From: Dehalococcoidia bacterium
Lineage (GTDB): Bacteria > Chloroflexota > Dehalococcoidia > Lucifugimonadales > UBA1127
DNA length: 64,000 nucleotides
NCBI GenBank assembly: GCA_965249315.1
Contig: OZ252225.1
Span: 1,255,973-1,319,972 of the forward strand
Direction of reading: 5' to 3'
Positions 1 through 9,050 of this stretch are shown here, one piece after another; positions within the stretch are counted from its first letter, which is position 1, and the number at the start of each line of letters is the position of its first letter. A program made the translations under genes and the position numbers. The notes under the pieces were generated by a model, which saw only the letters and a list, made by a program, of their open reading frames with translations, did not search any database and had not been told where the DNA came from.

Positions 1-1
1 A

Positions 2-106
2 GGGCAACCACGAGGGTTGCCCCTACACCGGGGGAGCTGCGGTAGCTGTGACCTCACCCGCCGCCGTACGGCGGCACCCTCACCCTAGCCCTCTCCCAGA
101 GGGAGG
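2..106 (+). repeat. REP-like palindrome cluster (GTAG-type REP plus a BoxC-like CCCTCACCCTAGCCCTCTCCC...GGGAG element)
   Basis: GGGCAACC-ACGAG-GGTTGCCC-CTAC at 2-26 (reverse complement begins GTAG); CCCTCACCCTAGCCCTCTCCCAGAGGGAGG at 77-106. Confidence 0.7.
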
Positions 107-224
107 CGGCATCACCGCCCAAGCTGGCGGCGTTGGGGCCGGGCTGCTGTTGGAGTGGAGTGGCCATGGTTGAAGCGCGGCGACCCCCGGAGTAGGCTAG
201 GGGCACTATCGGAGGGGAGGGCGC

Positions 225-554
225 ATGGCCAGTCCACGGATCATCGAGCCGACGAACGTCCAGCTTCTGCCGGAGGGCATCGCCATCCAGTGGGCGGACG
301 GCCACATGAGCCTGTACGTGCACCGGGAGCTCCGGCTCCAGTGTCACTGCGCGGAGTGCATCGGGGAGTGGCCAAACCGCCGGCAGGTAGACACCGACGC
401 GGTGCCGTCGGACGTCGTCGCGGTGGAGTACCAGCCGGTGGGCCGCTACGCCATCCAGTTCCTGTGGAGCGACGTCCACTACACGGGCATCTACCCCTAC
501 ACGCTGCTGCGGGAGCTGTGCCCGTGCCCGGCCTGCGCCGGGGACGAAGGGTGA
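225..554 (+). CDS. DUF971 / gamma-butyrobetaine hydroxylase N-terminal-like metal-binding protein
   Basis: IQWADGH, LRLQCHCAEC, VGRYAIQFLWSDVHYTGIYPY and C-terminal CPCPAC; GGAGG RBS upstream. Confidence 0.85.
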   Translation: MASPRIIEPTNVQLLPEGIAIQWADGHMSLYVHRELRLQCHCAECIGEWPNRRQVDTDAVPSDVVAVEYQPVGRYAIQFLWSDVHYTGIYPYTLLRELCPCPACAGDEG

Positions 555-1081
555 CGACCGGGCCACCGATCTCGGCAAGAGGCTGGCCGCTCACCTTCGA
601 CAGGGTCATACAGTACACCCTGGTCTACCTCACGAATCAGGGCAACGTGCTGCTCATCAAGAAGGCCCCAGGACGCTCGCACGCGGGCCAGTGGATCGGC
701 CTCGGAGGCAAGCTGGAGCGCTGCGAGGACCCGGTGGCATCGGCTGTTCGTGAGCTGCAGGAGGAGTCGGGGCTGACCGTCGCAGACCCGAAGCTCCGGG
801 GGACGTTCATCTGGATCGACGACGTGCAGTGCGGGATCGTCTACATCGTCACGGGAACCAGGTGGGCCGGCACGCTGGCCGAGTCCGACGAGGGCGCGCT
901 CCAGTGGCACCGCATCGCCGACCTGCCCTCGCTGGAGGGCCTGGCACGGCACCAGCGGCTCTTCCTGGACCGCATCCTCTGCGACAGTCCCAACTTCTAC
1001 TCAGGCGTCGCGGTCTATCACGGGAACGAGATGGTCGAGTACCTAGACGGCGACAGGTCGTTGGAGCAGCGGAGCGTCTAG
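551..1081 (+). CDS. NUDIX hydrolase (8-oxo-dGTPase-like)
   Basis: Nudix box GGKLERCEDPVASAVRELQEESGL; GTG start overlaps the upstream stop (GTGA). Start uncertain. Confidence 0.85.
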   Translation: MTTGPPISARGWPLTFDRVIQYTLVYLTNQGNVLLIKKAPGRSHAGQWIGLGGKLERCEDPVASAVRELQEESGLTVADPKLRGTFIWIDDVQCGIVYIVTGTRWAGTLAESDEGALQWHRIADLPSLEGLARHQRLFLDRILCDSPNFYSGVAVYHGNEMVEYLDGDRSLEQRSV

Positions 1082-1097
1082 GCCATCGCGCCGTGGG

Positions 1098-1688
1098 CTA
1101 GGCGGTGCCCATCTCCTCGCGGAGGTCCTGGAGGGACTGGGCGGTGCTGCGGCGGTTGGGGTCGGAGCGGGAGGCGGCCCGCTGCTCCAGCGTGCGGATG
1201 TCCGGGACGGTGTGGCAACAGATGAGCGCGGGACCGTCCTGTTGGAAGACGTCTCCGATGGTGTTCTCGAAGGTCTCCAAGTCGTCGAAGTCGTAGGCGA
1301 CGGGGTAGCCCGCCGCGAGGGCCATGTCCCGGAAGTTGACGACACCCGCGCCGGGGATGGGCTGGCCGCCCGTCATGGCGTACATGTCGTTCTGGATGAC
1401 GAAGTGGTAGAAGTTCTTGGGCGCCTTGTTGGCCACGGTGACCAGGGAGCCCAGGTTCATCTCGAGGCTACCGTCGCCGTCGAAGAGGATGACGCGGAGG
1501 TCGGGGCGGGCGAGGGCGAGGCCCAGGGCAATGGAGGAGCCCTTGCCCATGGCGCCCATGGAGAAGTCCCGCCGCGGAGTGTCGGTGACCTTAACCCAGC
1601 TTCGCATGGCCATGAAGATGGGCATGACGACGCCGTTCTCCCGGTAGCGGTTCACCACTCGCATCATGTCAACCTGGTCCATGGCCAT
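1098..1688 (-). CDS. TPP-binding decarboxylase subunit (sulfopyruvate/phosphonopyruvate decarboxylase beta-like)
   Basis: GAMGKGSSIALGLALARP, TPP motif DGDGSLEMN...IQND, YAMTGGQP. Confidence 0.8.
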   Translation of the reverse strand: MAMDQVDMMRVVNRYRENGVVMPIFMAMRSWVKVTDTPRRDFSMGAMGKGSSIALGLALARPDLRVILFDGDGSLEMNLGSLVTVANKAPKNFYHFVIQNDMYAMTGGQPIPGAGVVNFRDMALAAGYPVAYDFDDLETFENTIGDVFQQDGPALICCHTVPDIRTLEQRAASRSDPNRRSTAQSLQDLREEMGTA

Positions 1689-1900
1689 GGGGCGATCCTC
1701 CGTCAGCGGGTTGGAACGTCGCCAGTGTAGAGATGGGGGGCTTCCCGTGTCAATGCTGGGGCCCGCGGCTGCCCTCGGTTGTGTTTTCTGGAGGCTGCGT
1801 CCCCCATTCCCCCGCTTAGGTCCGCCCTACGACCCCGAGGTTTTTGTCCGCGCAGAAACGACGGCGGCTGTAGGAGCGCAAGGGTGCCGACAGGGGGGCG

Positions 1901-3190
1901 TCAGGCGGCGGGGGGCTCGATGGTGGCGAAGCCAGTGTAGGGCTGCAGCTCTTCAGGGATGGCCACGGAGCCGTCCTCCTGCTGGTAGGTCTCCAACAGG
2001 GCGACCATGGTGCGGGGCAGAGCCAGGCCGGAGCCGTTCAGGGTGTGGACAAACTCGGGGCGCGCACCGGGACCGGGGCGGTACCGGATGTTCGAGCGGC
2101 GGGCCTGGAAGTCGGTGCAGGTGGAGCAGGAGCTGACCTCCAGCCACTCACCGCACCCCGGCGCCCATACCTCGATGTCGTAGGTCATGGCGGAGGGGAA
2201 GCCCAGATCGCCGGCGCAGAGCTGCAGCACGCGGTAGGGCAGGCCCAGCCTCCGGCAGAGCGACTCGGCGCTGGCGACCAAGCGCTCCAGGGCCTCCTCG
2301 GAGTGCTCCGGCTCCACGAAAGAGTACATCTCCACCTTCTGGAACTGGCGCACGCGCTTGATGCCGCGGGTGTCCCGCCCGGCCGCGGCTTTCTCCCGGC
2401 GGAAGCAGGGCGTGCTGGCGACGTAGTTGATGGGCAGCGCACCCGGCGCAAGGATCTCGCTCCGGTGGAGGCTGGTCAGCGGGACCTCGGCGGTGGGGAT
2501 GAGCCACAGGTCCTCCTCGGCGTCCCGGTAGAGGTTGTCGCCGAACTTGGGGAGGTTGCCGGAGCCGACGAGGACCTCCTCCCGGACGAGGGCGGGGGGT
2601 TGGACCTCGACGTAGCCGCTCTCCCGAGTGTGGATGTCCAGCATCCAGTTGACCAGGGCCCGCTCCAGGCGTGCGCCCGCGCCCATGAGGACGAAGAATC
2701 GGGAGCCGGACAGCCTGGCGCCGCGCTCCAGGTCAAGGATCCCCAGCCGCTCCCCCAGATCCCAGTGAGGCTGTGGCTCGAAGGAGGGCGTGGGCCGCTC
2801 TCCCCACTCTCGCACGATGGTGTTGGCGGACTCGTCCAGGCCGTCGGGGACCTGGGGCAGGGGCAGGTTGGGAAGGCCCAGCAGCAGCTCCTGAAGCTGG
2901 CCCTCCACCTGGGCCGCCTCCTCCTCCAGGCGAGCGGTGCGCTCTGCTACGGCGGCGATGTCGCGGCGCAGGTCAGCCAGGGCGTCCTCGCCGCCTTCCT
3001 GCCGGAGCGCGCCAAAGCGGCGGCTCAGCTCGTTGTGTTGGCCCCGAAGCGTGTCTCGCTCGGTGACAAGAACGCGACGGCGGGCGTCCATCTCCGCCGC
3101 CTGCAGGACCGCCTCGGCGTCCTCGCCGCGGCGCGCGAGGGCCTGCTGCACCATGTCCTGCTTTCTACGTATGAGGTCAAGGCTGAGCAT
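1901..3190 (-). CDS. serS: serine--tRNA ligase
   Basis: LIPTAEVPL, CFRREKAAAGRDTRGIKRVRQFQKVE, EVSSCSTCTDFQARR, HTLNGSGLA. Confidence 0.97.
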   Translation of the reverse strand: MLSLDLIRRKQDMVQQALARRGEDAEAVLQAAEMDARRRVLVTERDTLRGQHNELSRRFGALRQEGGEDALADLRRDIAAVAERTARLEEEAAQVEGQLQELLLGLPNLPLPQVPDGLDESANTIVREWGERPTPSFEPQPHWDLGERLGILDLERGARLSGSRFFVLMGAGARLERALVNWMLDIHTRESGYVEVQPPALVREEVLVGSGNLPKFGDNLYRDAEEDLWLIPTAEVPLTSLHRSEILAPGALPINYVASTPCFRREKAAAGRDTRGIKRVRQFQKVEMYSFVEPEHSEEALERLVASAESLCRRLGLPYRVLQLCAGDLGFPSAMTYDIEVWAPGCGEWLEVSSCSTCTDFQARRSNIRYRPGPGARPEFVHTLNGSGLALPRTMVALLETYQQEDGSVAIPEELQPYTGFATIEPPAA

Positions 3191-3199
3191 CGGCGCACG

Positions 3200-4864
3200 T
3201 CACCCTTTCCGCTCTTCTGCCGAGCTTGCCACGCGGCTGCGGAGCTGGTCCTCCGTGATGCGGACCTGGAGCTCCCGGGGCAGCGCGGCCTTCACGCGTT
3301 CCATAAGTGTCTCCACCGGGAGGAGGCCGTCAGCCGTTATGGCCGCGACCTGCTGGTCCACGGCACGAAAGAGCTCCTCCTGGGACCAAGAGAGGTGCGG
3401 GAAGAGCAAGACCTCTCTGATGGAGGGCTGGCCGCTGAGCACCATCACCAGCCGGTCGATGCCAATGCCGAGGCCGCCCGTTGGGGGCATGCCGTACTCC
3501 AGGGCGGTGAGGAAGTCCTCGTCCAGGCGGTCGAACTCCTCGTCACCGTGTCGGCGGCGGAGCTCCTCCTGCTCCTGGAAGCGGCTGCGCTGCTCCAGGG
3601 GGTCGTTGAGCTCGGTAAAGGCGTTGGCGATCTCCATCCCGCCCATGAAGGCCTCGAAGCGCTCCACGTAGCTGGGGTCGTCCGGCTTCGTCTTCGCCAG
3701 GGGAGACATCTCGACAGGGTAGTCGACGAGGAAGGCGGGCTGTACCAGCGTGGGCTCCACCCTGTCGGACAGGAGCTTGTCGACTAGGCGGCCCCAACTC
3801 ACCTCCTGGGTGACCGGGACGCCCATCTCCCGCATGCGACGGGCCAGGGCCGCGGCGTCCCGCAGCTCCGCGATGTCCACGCCGCTGTGCTCCAGCACCG
3901 CGCTGCGGAGGTCGATGCGGGGCCAGGGGGGCTTCAACTCTATCGTCTGGCCCTTCCAGGTGATCACGGTCGTGCCCAGGACCTCCTGGGCGACGGTGGA
4001 GACCATATCCTCCACCATTCGCATGACGTCGGTGTAGTCGGCGTAGGCCTCGTAGCTCTCCAGGAGCGTGTACTCGGGGTTGTGGTCGGCGTCCAAGCCT
4101 TCGTTGCGGAAGACGCGGCCTATCTCAAATACGCGCTCCAGGCCGCCGACGATGCACCGCTTGAGGTAGAGCTCGATGGCGATGCGCAGGTAGAGGGTGC
4201 GGTCCAAGGCGCTATGTCGCGTGACGAAGGGCTGGGCCATGGCGCCGGCAGGCACGGGCACCAGCATGGGGGTCTCCACCTCCACGAAGCCGCGACCGAC
4301 GAGGAAGCGGCGGATGGCGTCGACGACGCCGCTGCGGAGGAGGAAACGCTCCCGGACCTCCTCATTGGACAGAAGGTCGGCTTCACGCTGGCGGAAGCGC
4401 TGCTCCACGTCTCGCAGGCCGTGCCACTTCTCCGGGGGCGGACGCAGGGCCTTGCTAAGAAGCATGACCCTGTGGGCCTCGACGGTGGCCTCGCCGGTGC
4501 GGGTGCGGAAGACGGGGCCCTCCACGCCCAGGATGTCGCCAAGGTCTAGATCCTTCAGCAGGCCATAGGCCTCGCCTAGGAGGTCCCTGCGGAGCTGGGC
4601 CTGAAGGCGGCCAGCGCCGTCGCGCAGGTCGAGGAAGGCTGTTCGACCCATGACGCGCTGGGCCATGATTCTTCCGGCTACGACCACGGGCTGGGAGCGG
4701 GCCCCCGGGCCGCCTTCGTCCTCCGCGGCCTGGAGCTCCCGTGCCGCGTCCACGGCCGTATGCGTCCGGGGAAAGCGTGGCGGATAGGGGTCTACGCCGG
4801 CGTCGCGAAGACGTAGGAGTTTCTGGCGTCGGACCTGAACCTGCTCCTCGCGGCGGTCAGCCAA
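3200..4864 (-). CDS. lysS: lysine--tRNA ligase (class II) with C-terminal extension
   Basis: PPPEKWHGLRD, LYLRIAIELYLKR, FRNEG, EIANAFTELNDP, YGMPPTGGLGIGIDRLVM. Confidence 0.97.
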   Translation of the reverse strand: MADRREEQVQVRRQKLLRLRDAGVDPYPPRFPRTHTAVDAARELQAAEDEGGPGARSQPVVVAGRIMAQRVMGRTAFLDLRDGAGRLQAQLRRDLLGEAYGLLKDLDLGDILGVEGPVFRTRTGEATVEAHRVMLLSKALRPPPEKWHGLRDVEQRFRQREADLLSNEEVRERFLLRSGVVDAIRRFLVGRGFVEVETPMLVPVPAGAMAQPFVTRHSALDRTLYLRIAIELYLKRCIVGGLERVFEIGRVFRNEGLDADHNPEYTLLESYEAYADYTDVMRMVEDMVSTVAQEVLGTTVITWKGQTIELKPPWPRIDLRSAVLEHSGVDIAELRDAAALARRMREMGVPVTQEVSWGRLVDKLLSDRVEPTLVQPAFLVDYPVEMSPLAKTKPDDPSYVERFEAFMGGMEIANAFTELNDPLEQRSRFQEQEELRRRHGDEEFDRLDEDFLTALEYGMPPTGGLGIGIDRLVMVLSGQPSIREVLLFPHLSWSQEELFRAVDQQVAAITADGLLPVETLMERVKAALPRELQVRITEDQLRSRVASSAEERKG

Positions 4865-4918
4865 TGGGCTCTTCCTCAGCAGGGGCGGGCAACTCGAGAG
4901 TCGATAGCCCCAGACGGG

Positions 4919-5389
4919 CTACTCGATCTTCACGACGGTCAGCTTCAAGGGCCCCGTGGGCGTCTGGGCCTCGCCCTTCTGGCCCTTGCGCTTTCCCAGG
5001 ACCGCGCTACCGACGGGGGACTCGTTGGAGATGCGGCCGTGGAGGGGGTCGGCCTCTGCGCTGCCGACGATGGTGTACTCGGCCTGGACCCCCTTCCCGT
5101 CCAAGACCGTGACCCGCGACCCTATCTCCACAGTCTCAGAAGGGGCGTCGTGGTCGGGAATGATGATTGCGTGCTGGAAGAGGGCCTCCAGGGTCTGGAT
5201 ACGCCGCTCGACGGCGTCCTGCTCCCGCTTGGCCTCGTCGTACTCTGCATTGTCGACGGAGCCGCCGACCTCGGCCGCCTTCTTGAGGCTCTCCGCCACG
5301 GCCCTGCGTCGCACGGTGCGCAGGTGCTCCAGCTCCTCGCGGAGCTTGGCTGCGCCCTCCGGCGTCAGGTAGGTCTCGCGGGTAACCAT
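4919..5389 (-). CDS. greA: transcription elongation factor GreA
   Basis: YLTPEGAAKLREELEHL, DNAEYDEAK, IVGSAEADP, ISNESPVGSAVLG; start placed at MVTRE. Confidence 0.95.
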   Translation of the reverse strand: MVTRETYLTPEGAAKLREELEHLRTVRRRAVAESLKKAAEVGGSVDNAEYDEAKREQDAVERRIQTLEALFQHAIIIPDHDAPSETVEIGSRVTVLDGKGVQAEYTIVGSAEADPLHGRISNESPVGSAVLGKRKGQKGEAQTPTGPLKLTVVKIE

Positions 5390-5493
5390 CTCGTACGCTG
5401 CTCCGAATAGAAAAAGCTGAGAGGAGGGGGCGTTCGTCATCTCTCAGCACCGCCGATTGTACGCTTGGAGGCGCGGTGTGTAAAGAGGCGGGC

Positions 5494-5655
5494 GGGCGGC
5501 AGTGCCGCTCTTGCCTGGGGAGGTGGTCCCCGGTGCCGGTTGGGCCCACCCGCCCGGTGCTTTTCTTCTGGGGGCTGCGGCGGCAGAGCCGCCCTAGCAT
5601 GGGCTCCGCGCCCCCATCCGCCGCTATGCGCCGGCCTCTCCCGGAGGGGAACCTC
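5494..5655 (+). repeat. intergenic palindromic mosaic repeat
   Basis: Modules GCGGCAGTGCCGC, TGGGCCCACCCGCCC, TTTTCTTCTGGGGGCTGCG, GGCGGCAGAGCCGCCCTAGCATGGGC and GGCCTCTCCC, shared with many other intergenic regions. Confidence 0.8.
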
Positions 5656-5744
5656 GATTGACAGGGTCTCTTGCAAGGTGGGAACATGGGCCCCGGCTCA
5701 GCTTGCGCTCAGCCCATTCCCTCCAGCACACGAGGCCAGTTGAC

Positions 5745-6512
5745 GTGGGGCGTGGCATCGTCTTGCATACACAGGACCAGGTTGCCTGGATCACGCTGGA
5801 GCGCCCCGCACAGGGCAACGCTCCCGACGCGGAGATGGCGGCGGCGCTGCGTGAGACTTGCGAAGCACTGGGCCAGGACATCGGGGTCCGCGTCATCGTC
5901 GTTGCAGGCACGGGCGAGCACTTCTGCTCGGCTCCGCAGCGCCCGCTCCCCCTGAGCTCCAACGGGGCCGGCGACGCGATGCAGCCCCCGCGGGTTGCGG
6001 CGACGGTGGCCGCGCTGGAGGCACCCGTCATCGCCGCGATCAACGGCCCGGCCATCGGCCAGGGGCTGGAGTTGGCCCTGGCCTGCGACCTTCGCATCGC
6101 CGCCGAGGGGGCACGGTTCGCCATGCCCCAGGTCCCGGCGGGCGTGCTGCCGTGGGACGGCGGGACGCAGCGGCTTCCTCGCATCGTCGGCAGGGCGCGG
6201 GCCATGGAGCTGCTCATGACGGGCCGGGAGGTCGATGCCCAGGAGGCCCTCGACATGGGCCTAGTCAACGAGGTTGTTCCCCAAGCGGACCTCAACGCCC
6301 GCGTCCAGGCCGTTGCAGAGAGCATCGCCGCCGCGGCGCCCGTCGCGCTCCGCTACACCAAGGAGGCTGTCCTACGAGGCGTCGACATGGACCTGGAAGC
6401 GGGCCTGCGACTCGAGGCGGACCTGAACATCCTCCTGCAGAGTACGGCAGACCGTGCCGAGGGCGTCCGGTCCTTCCTGGAGCGGCGTGCACCCCGCTTT
6501 CGAGGGCAGTAG
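5745..6512 (+). CDS. enoyl-CoA hydratase/isomerase family protein
   Basis: PVIAAINGPAIGQGLELALACDLRIA, GGTQRLPRIVG, EGVRSFLERRAPRF; GTG start inferred. Confidence 0.9.
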   Translation: MGRGIVLHTQDQVAWITLERPAQGNAPDAEMAAALRETCEALGQDIGVRVIVVAGTGEHFCSAPQRPLPLSSNGAGDAMQPPRVAATVAALEAPVIAAINGPAIGQGLELALACDLRIAAEGARFAMPQVPAGVLPWDGGTQRLPRIVGRARAMELLMTGREVDAQEALDMGLVNEVVPQADLNARVQAVAESIAAAAPVALRYTKEAVLRGVDMDLEAGLRLEADLNILLQSTADRAEGVRSFLERRAPRFRGQ

Positions 6513-6514
6513 CG

Positions 6515-6766
6515 ATGAAGCCCGCCCCCAGACCCCAACGCTTCCGAGGCCTGCGATACACCGCGGTCCTCTGGGGCGGCGGAGGTCTCCTACTGAACAT
6601 GACGGTGGGGTTGCTCCTCTTTCGCGACTCCGTTTGGGCCCTCGTCTTCGCAGGGTTCGGCCTCCTCCTGGGGATGGCTATGGCCGTGGTGGAGTCGCGC
6701 CTCCAGTCTCGGTCCGCCTCAAACGCAACCCAATCGGACGGAGAGCGGCATGGCCAGGAGCTTTGA
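6515..6766 (+). CDS. small membrane protein, two predicted TM helices (83 aa)
   Basis: ATG 2 nt after the upstream stop; two hydrophobic stretches; fills the gap within the operon. Confidence 0.6.
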   Translation: MKPAPRPQRFRGLRYTAVLWGGGGLLLNMTVGLLLFRDSVWALVFAGFGLLLGMAMAVVESRLQSRSASNATQSDGERHGQEL

Positions 6767-7484
6767 GGCGCTGCTCTTCCACAAGGAGGAGGGCGTAGCG
6801 CACATCACACTGGACCGCCCCCACGTCCTCAACGCGTACAACACGCAGATGCGCGACGACCTGTGGCAGGCCCTGGAGGCCGTGCGGGACGACCCTGAGG
6901 TGGCGGCGGTGGTGCTGGCCGGAGCGGGTGAGCGGGCCTTCTGCGCGGGCGCCGACCTCACGGAGTTCGGGGCTGCGGCCTCGCAGGCGAACGCCCGGCA
7001 GGTGCGCTTCGAGCGGGACGTTTGGGGGCTGTTGCTGTCGCTGCGTGTGCCGGTCGTGGCTGCGCTCCACGGCTACGTGCTGGGCGCGGGCCTGGAGATG
7101 GCGCTGCTGTGCGACCTTCGCATCGCAAGCGACGACGCCGAGTTCGGCCTTCCCGAGACGGCGCTGGGGATGGCCCCCGCCGCGGGTGGAAGCCAGACCC
7201 TCCCCCGCATCGTCGGGGTCCCCGCGGCCCTGGACCTGCTGCTCAGCGCGCGCCGCATCGGCGCTGCGGAGGCGCTCCGGCTGGGGGTCGTCCATCGCGT
7301 CGTGTCCCGCGAGCGGCTTCGTGCCGAGGCGACGGCGCTGGCAGCGCGCCTGGCAGCCACCCCTCGTCACGTGATGGCGGCGCTCAAGGAGGCGGTGCAT
7401 CGGGGCGCCGACCTTCCCGTGGACCAAGCGCTAGCCCTGGAGGAGCGCCTGGCCCACCTGACCCTGGCAGGAGTTGGCAGATAG
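6750..7484 (+). CDS. enoyl-CoA hydratase/isomerase family protein
   Basis: ITLDRPHVLNAY, RAFCAGADL, ALHGYVLGAGLEMALLCDLRIAS, FGLPE. Confidence 0.92.
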   Translation: MARSFEALLFHKEEGVAHITLDRPHVLNAYNTQMRDDLWQALEAVRDDPEVAAVVLAGAGERAFCAGADLTEFGAAASQANARQVRFERDVWGLLLSLRVPVVAALHGYVLGAGLEMALLCDLRIASDDAEFGLPETALGMAPAAGGSQTLPRIVGVPAALDLLLSARRIGAAEALRLGVVHRVVSRERLRAEATALAARLAATPRHVMAALKEAVHRGADLPVDQALALEERLAHLTLAGVGR

Positions 7485-9050
7485 ATGAACATCAGCGAGT
7501 TCCTCACGATTACCGCGGCCATCGTGCCGGAACGGGAGGCGCTAACCTTCGAGGGGCGACGGACGACCTACGAGTCGCTGCAGGAGCGGGCGGACCGCCT
7601 GGCGAGCGCTCTGGCGGGGCTTGGCGTGGGCCCGGGAGACCGAGTGGCCACGCTCCAGGTGAACTGTCCCGAGCTGGTGGAGACAGTCTTCGCCACGGCA
7701 AAGCGGGACGCGGTCTACGTCCCCCTCAACTTCCGCGCGAAGGCGGACGAGCTGGCGGCCATGCTCAACGACGCTGAGCCCACGGTGCTCCTGGTGGGGC
7801 AGCGGTACGTCGACCTGGTCGAGTCCACCCTGCCATCGGTGGAGGGCCTGCAGCACGTGGTGGCCCTGGAGTCGCCCCACGGCGACTGGCCCTACTACGA
7901 CGACCTGCTGGCCGGGACCGCCCCCGGCGAGCACACGCCCATGGCCGACGAGGAGGAGCTGGCGGTGCTGATGTTCACGGCGGGCACGACGGGGGCGCCG
8001 AAAGCGGTGATGCTCAGCCACAACAGCTTCTCCTCCTACACGCTGGCCAACGTGGAGCCCGCGGACCCGGAGATGGAGGAGAAGAACATTCTCACGGTGC
8101 CGATGTACCACATCGCCGGGCTCCAGGCTGTGATGGCCGCAGTCTACGGCGGGCGCACCCTGGTCGTGCAGCGCCAGTTCGAGCCCCAGGCGTGGATGGG
8201 CCTGGTCGAGGAGGAGCGGGTGCAGCGGGCCATGATGGTGCCCACAATGATCAAGCAGCTCATGGACCATCCCGACTTCGCCCGCTTCGACCGCTCCAGC
8301 CTCCAGGTGATCACCTACGGCGCCGCCCCCATGCCGCTGCAGGTGATCCGCCGAGCGCTGCAGGAGTTCCCCGGCTGCCGCTTCATCAACGCCTTCGGCC
8401 AGACGGAGACGGCCTCGACGATTACGATGCTTGCCCCGGAGGACCACGACATTCCGGCCGACCTTCCCCCGGAGGAGCGGGAGCGCCGCCTGGCACGCCT
8501 CGCGTCCATCGGGAGGCCGCTGCCCGACGTGGAGGTGCGCATCGTGGACGAAGTGGGCGCGGACGTGCCGATGGGAGGGGTGGGGGAGATCGTGGCCCGC
8601 GGCTCGCGGCTAATGAAGGGCTACTGGCGCAGTGAGGCGGTCACCCAGGAGGTGATGCGGGGCGGCTGGCTCTACACCGGCGACCTGGGCTACTGGGACG
8701 AGGAGGGCTACATCTACCTGGCAGGCCGCGCAAAGGACACGATCAAGCGCGGTGGGGAGATGGTGTCGCCGTTGGAGGTGGAGGGGGTCCTGCGCACGCA
8801 CCCCGCGGTGGAGGACGCGGCGGTCATCGGCGTGCCGGACGTAGAGTGGGGGGAGCAGGTGCGGGCGGTGGTGACCCTGCGACCGAACGAGCCCCGCCCC
8901 AGCGCGTCGGAGCTGGTTGAGCACTGCCGGAGCCGCCTGGCGAGCTTCAAGAAGCCGGAGTCCGTGGTCTTCGTCGACGAGCTGCCGCGCAACGCTCTGG
9001 GCAAGGTGCTCAAGCGAGTGCTGCGGGAGGAGTACGGCGGGGAGGGCTAG
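7485..9050 (+). CDS. acyl-CoA synthetase / long-chain fatty acid--CoA ligase
   Basis: AMP-binding motif FTAGTTGAPKAV, AFGQTET, YTGDLG, LPRNALGKVLK. Confidence 0.93.
   Translation: MNISEFLTITAAIVPEREALTFEGRRTTYESLQERADRLASALAGLGVGPGDRVATLQVNCPELVETVFATAKRDAVYVPLNFRAKADELAAMLNDAEPTVLLVGQRYVDLVESTLPSVEGLQHVVALESPHGDWPYYDDLLAGTAPGEHTPMADEEELAVLMFTAGTTGAPKAVMLSHNSFSSYTLANVEPADPEMEEKNILTVPMYHIAGLQAVMAAVYGGRTLVVQRQFEPQAWMGLVEEERVQRAMMVPTMIKQLMDHPDFARFDRSSLQVITYGAAPMPLQVIRRALQEFPGCRFINAFGQTETASTITMLAPEDHDIPADLPPEERERRLARLASIGRPLPDVEVRIVDEVGADVPMGGVGEIVARGSRLMKGYWRSEAVTQEVMRGGWLYTGDLGYWDEEGYIYLAGRAKDTIKRGGEMVSPLEVEGVLRTHPAVEDAAVIGVPDVEWGEQVRAVVTLRPNEPRPSASELVEHCRSRLASFKKPESVVFVDELPRNALGKVLKRVLREEYGGEG

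Noticed and set aside
2045-3787. Long antisense ORFs such as this 580-aa one, 44432..46012, 46871..48370 and 61866..63485
   Set aside because: These are typical high-GC shadow frames opposite well-supported genes.
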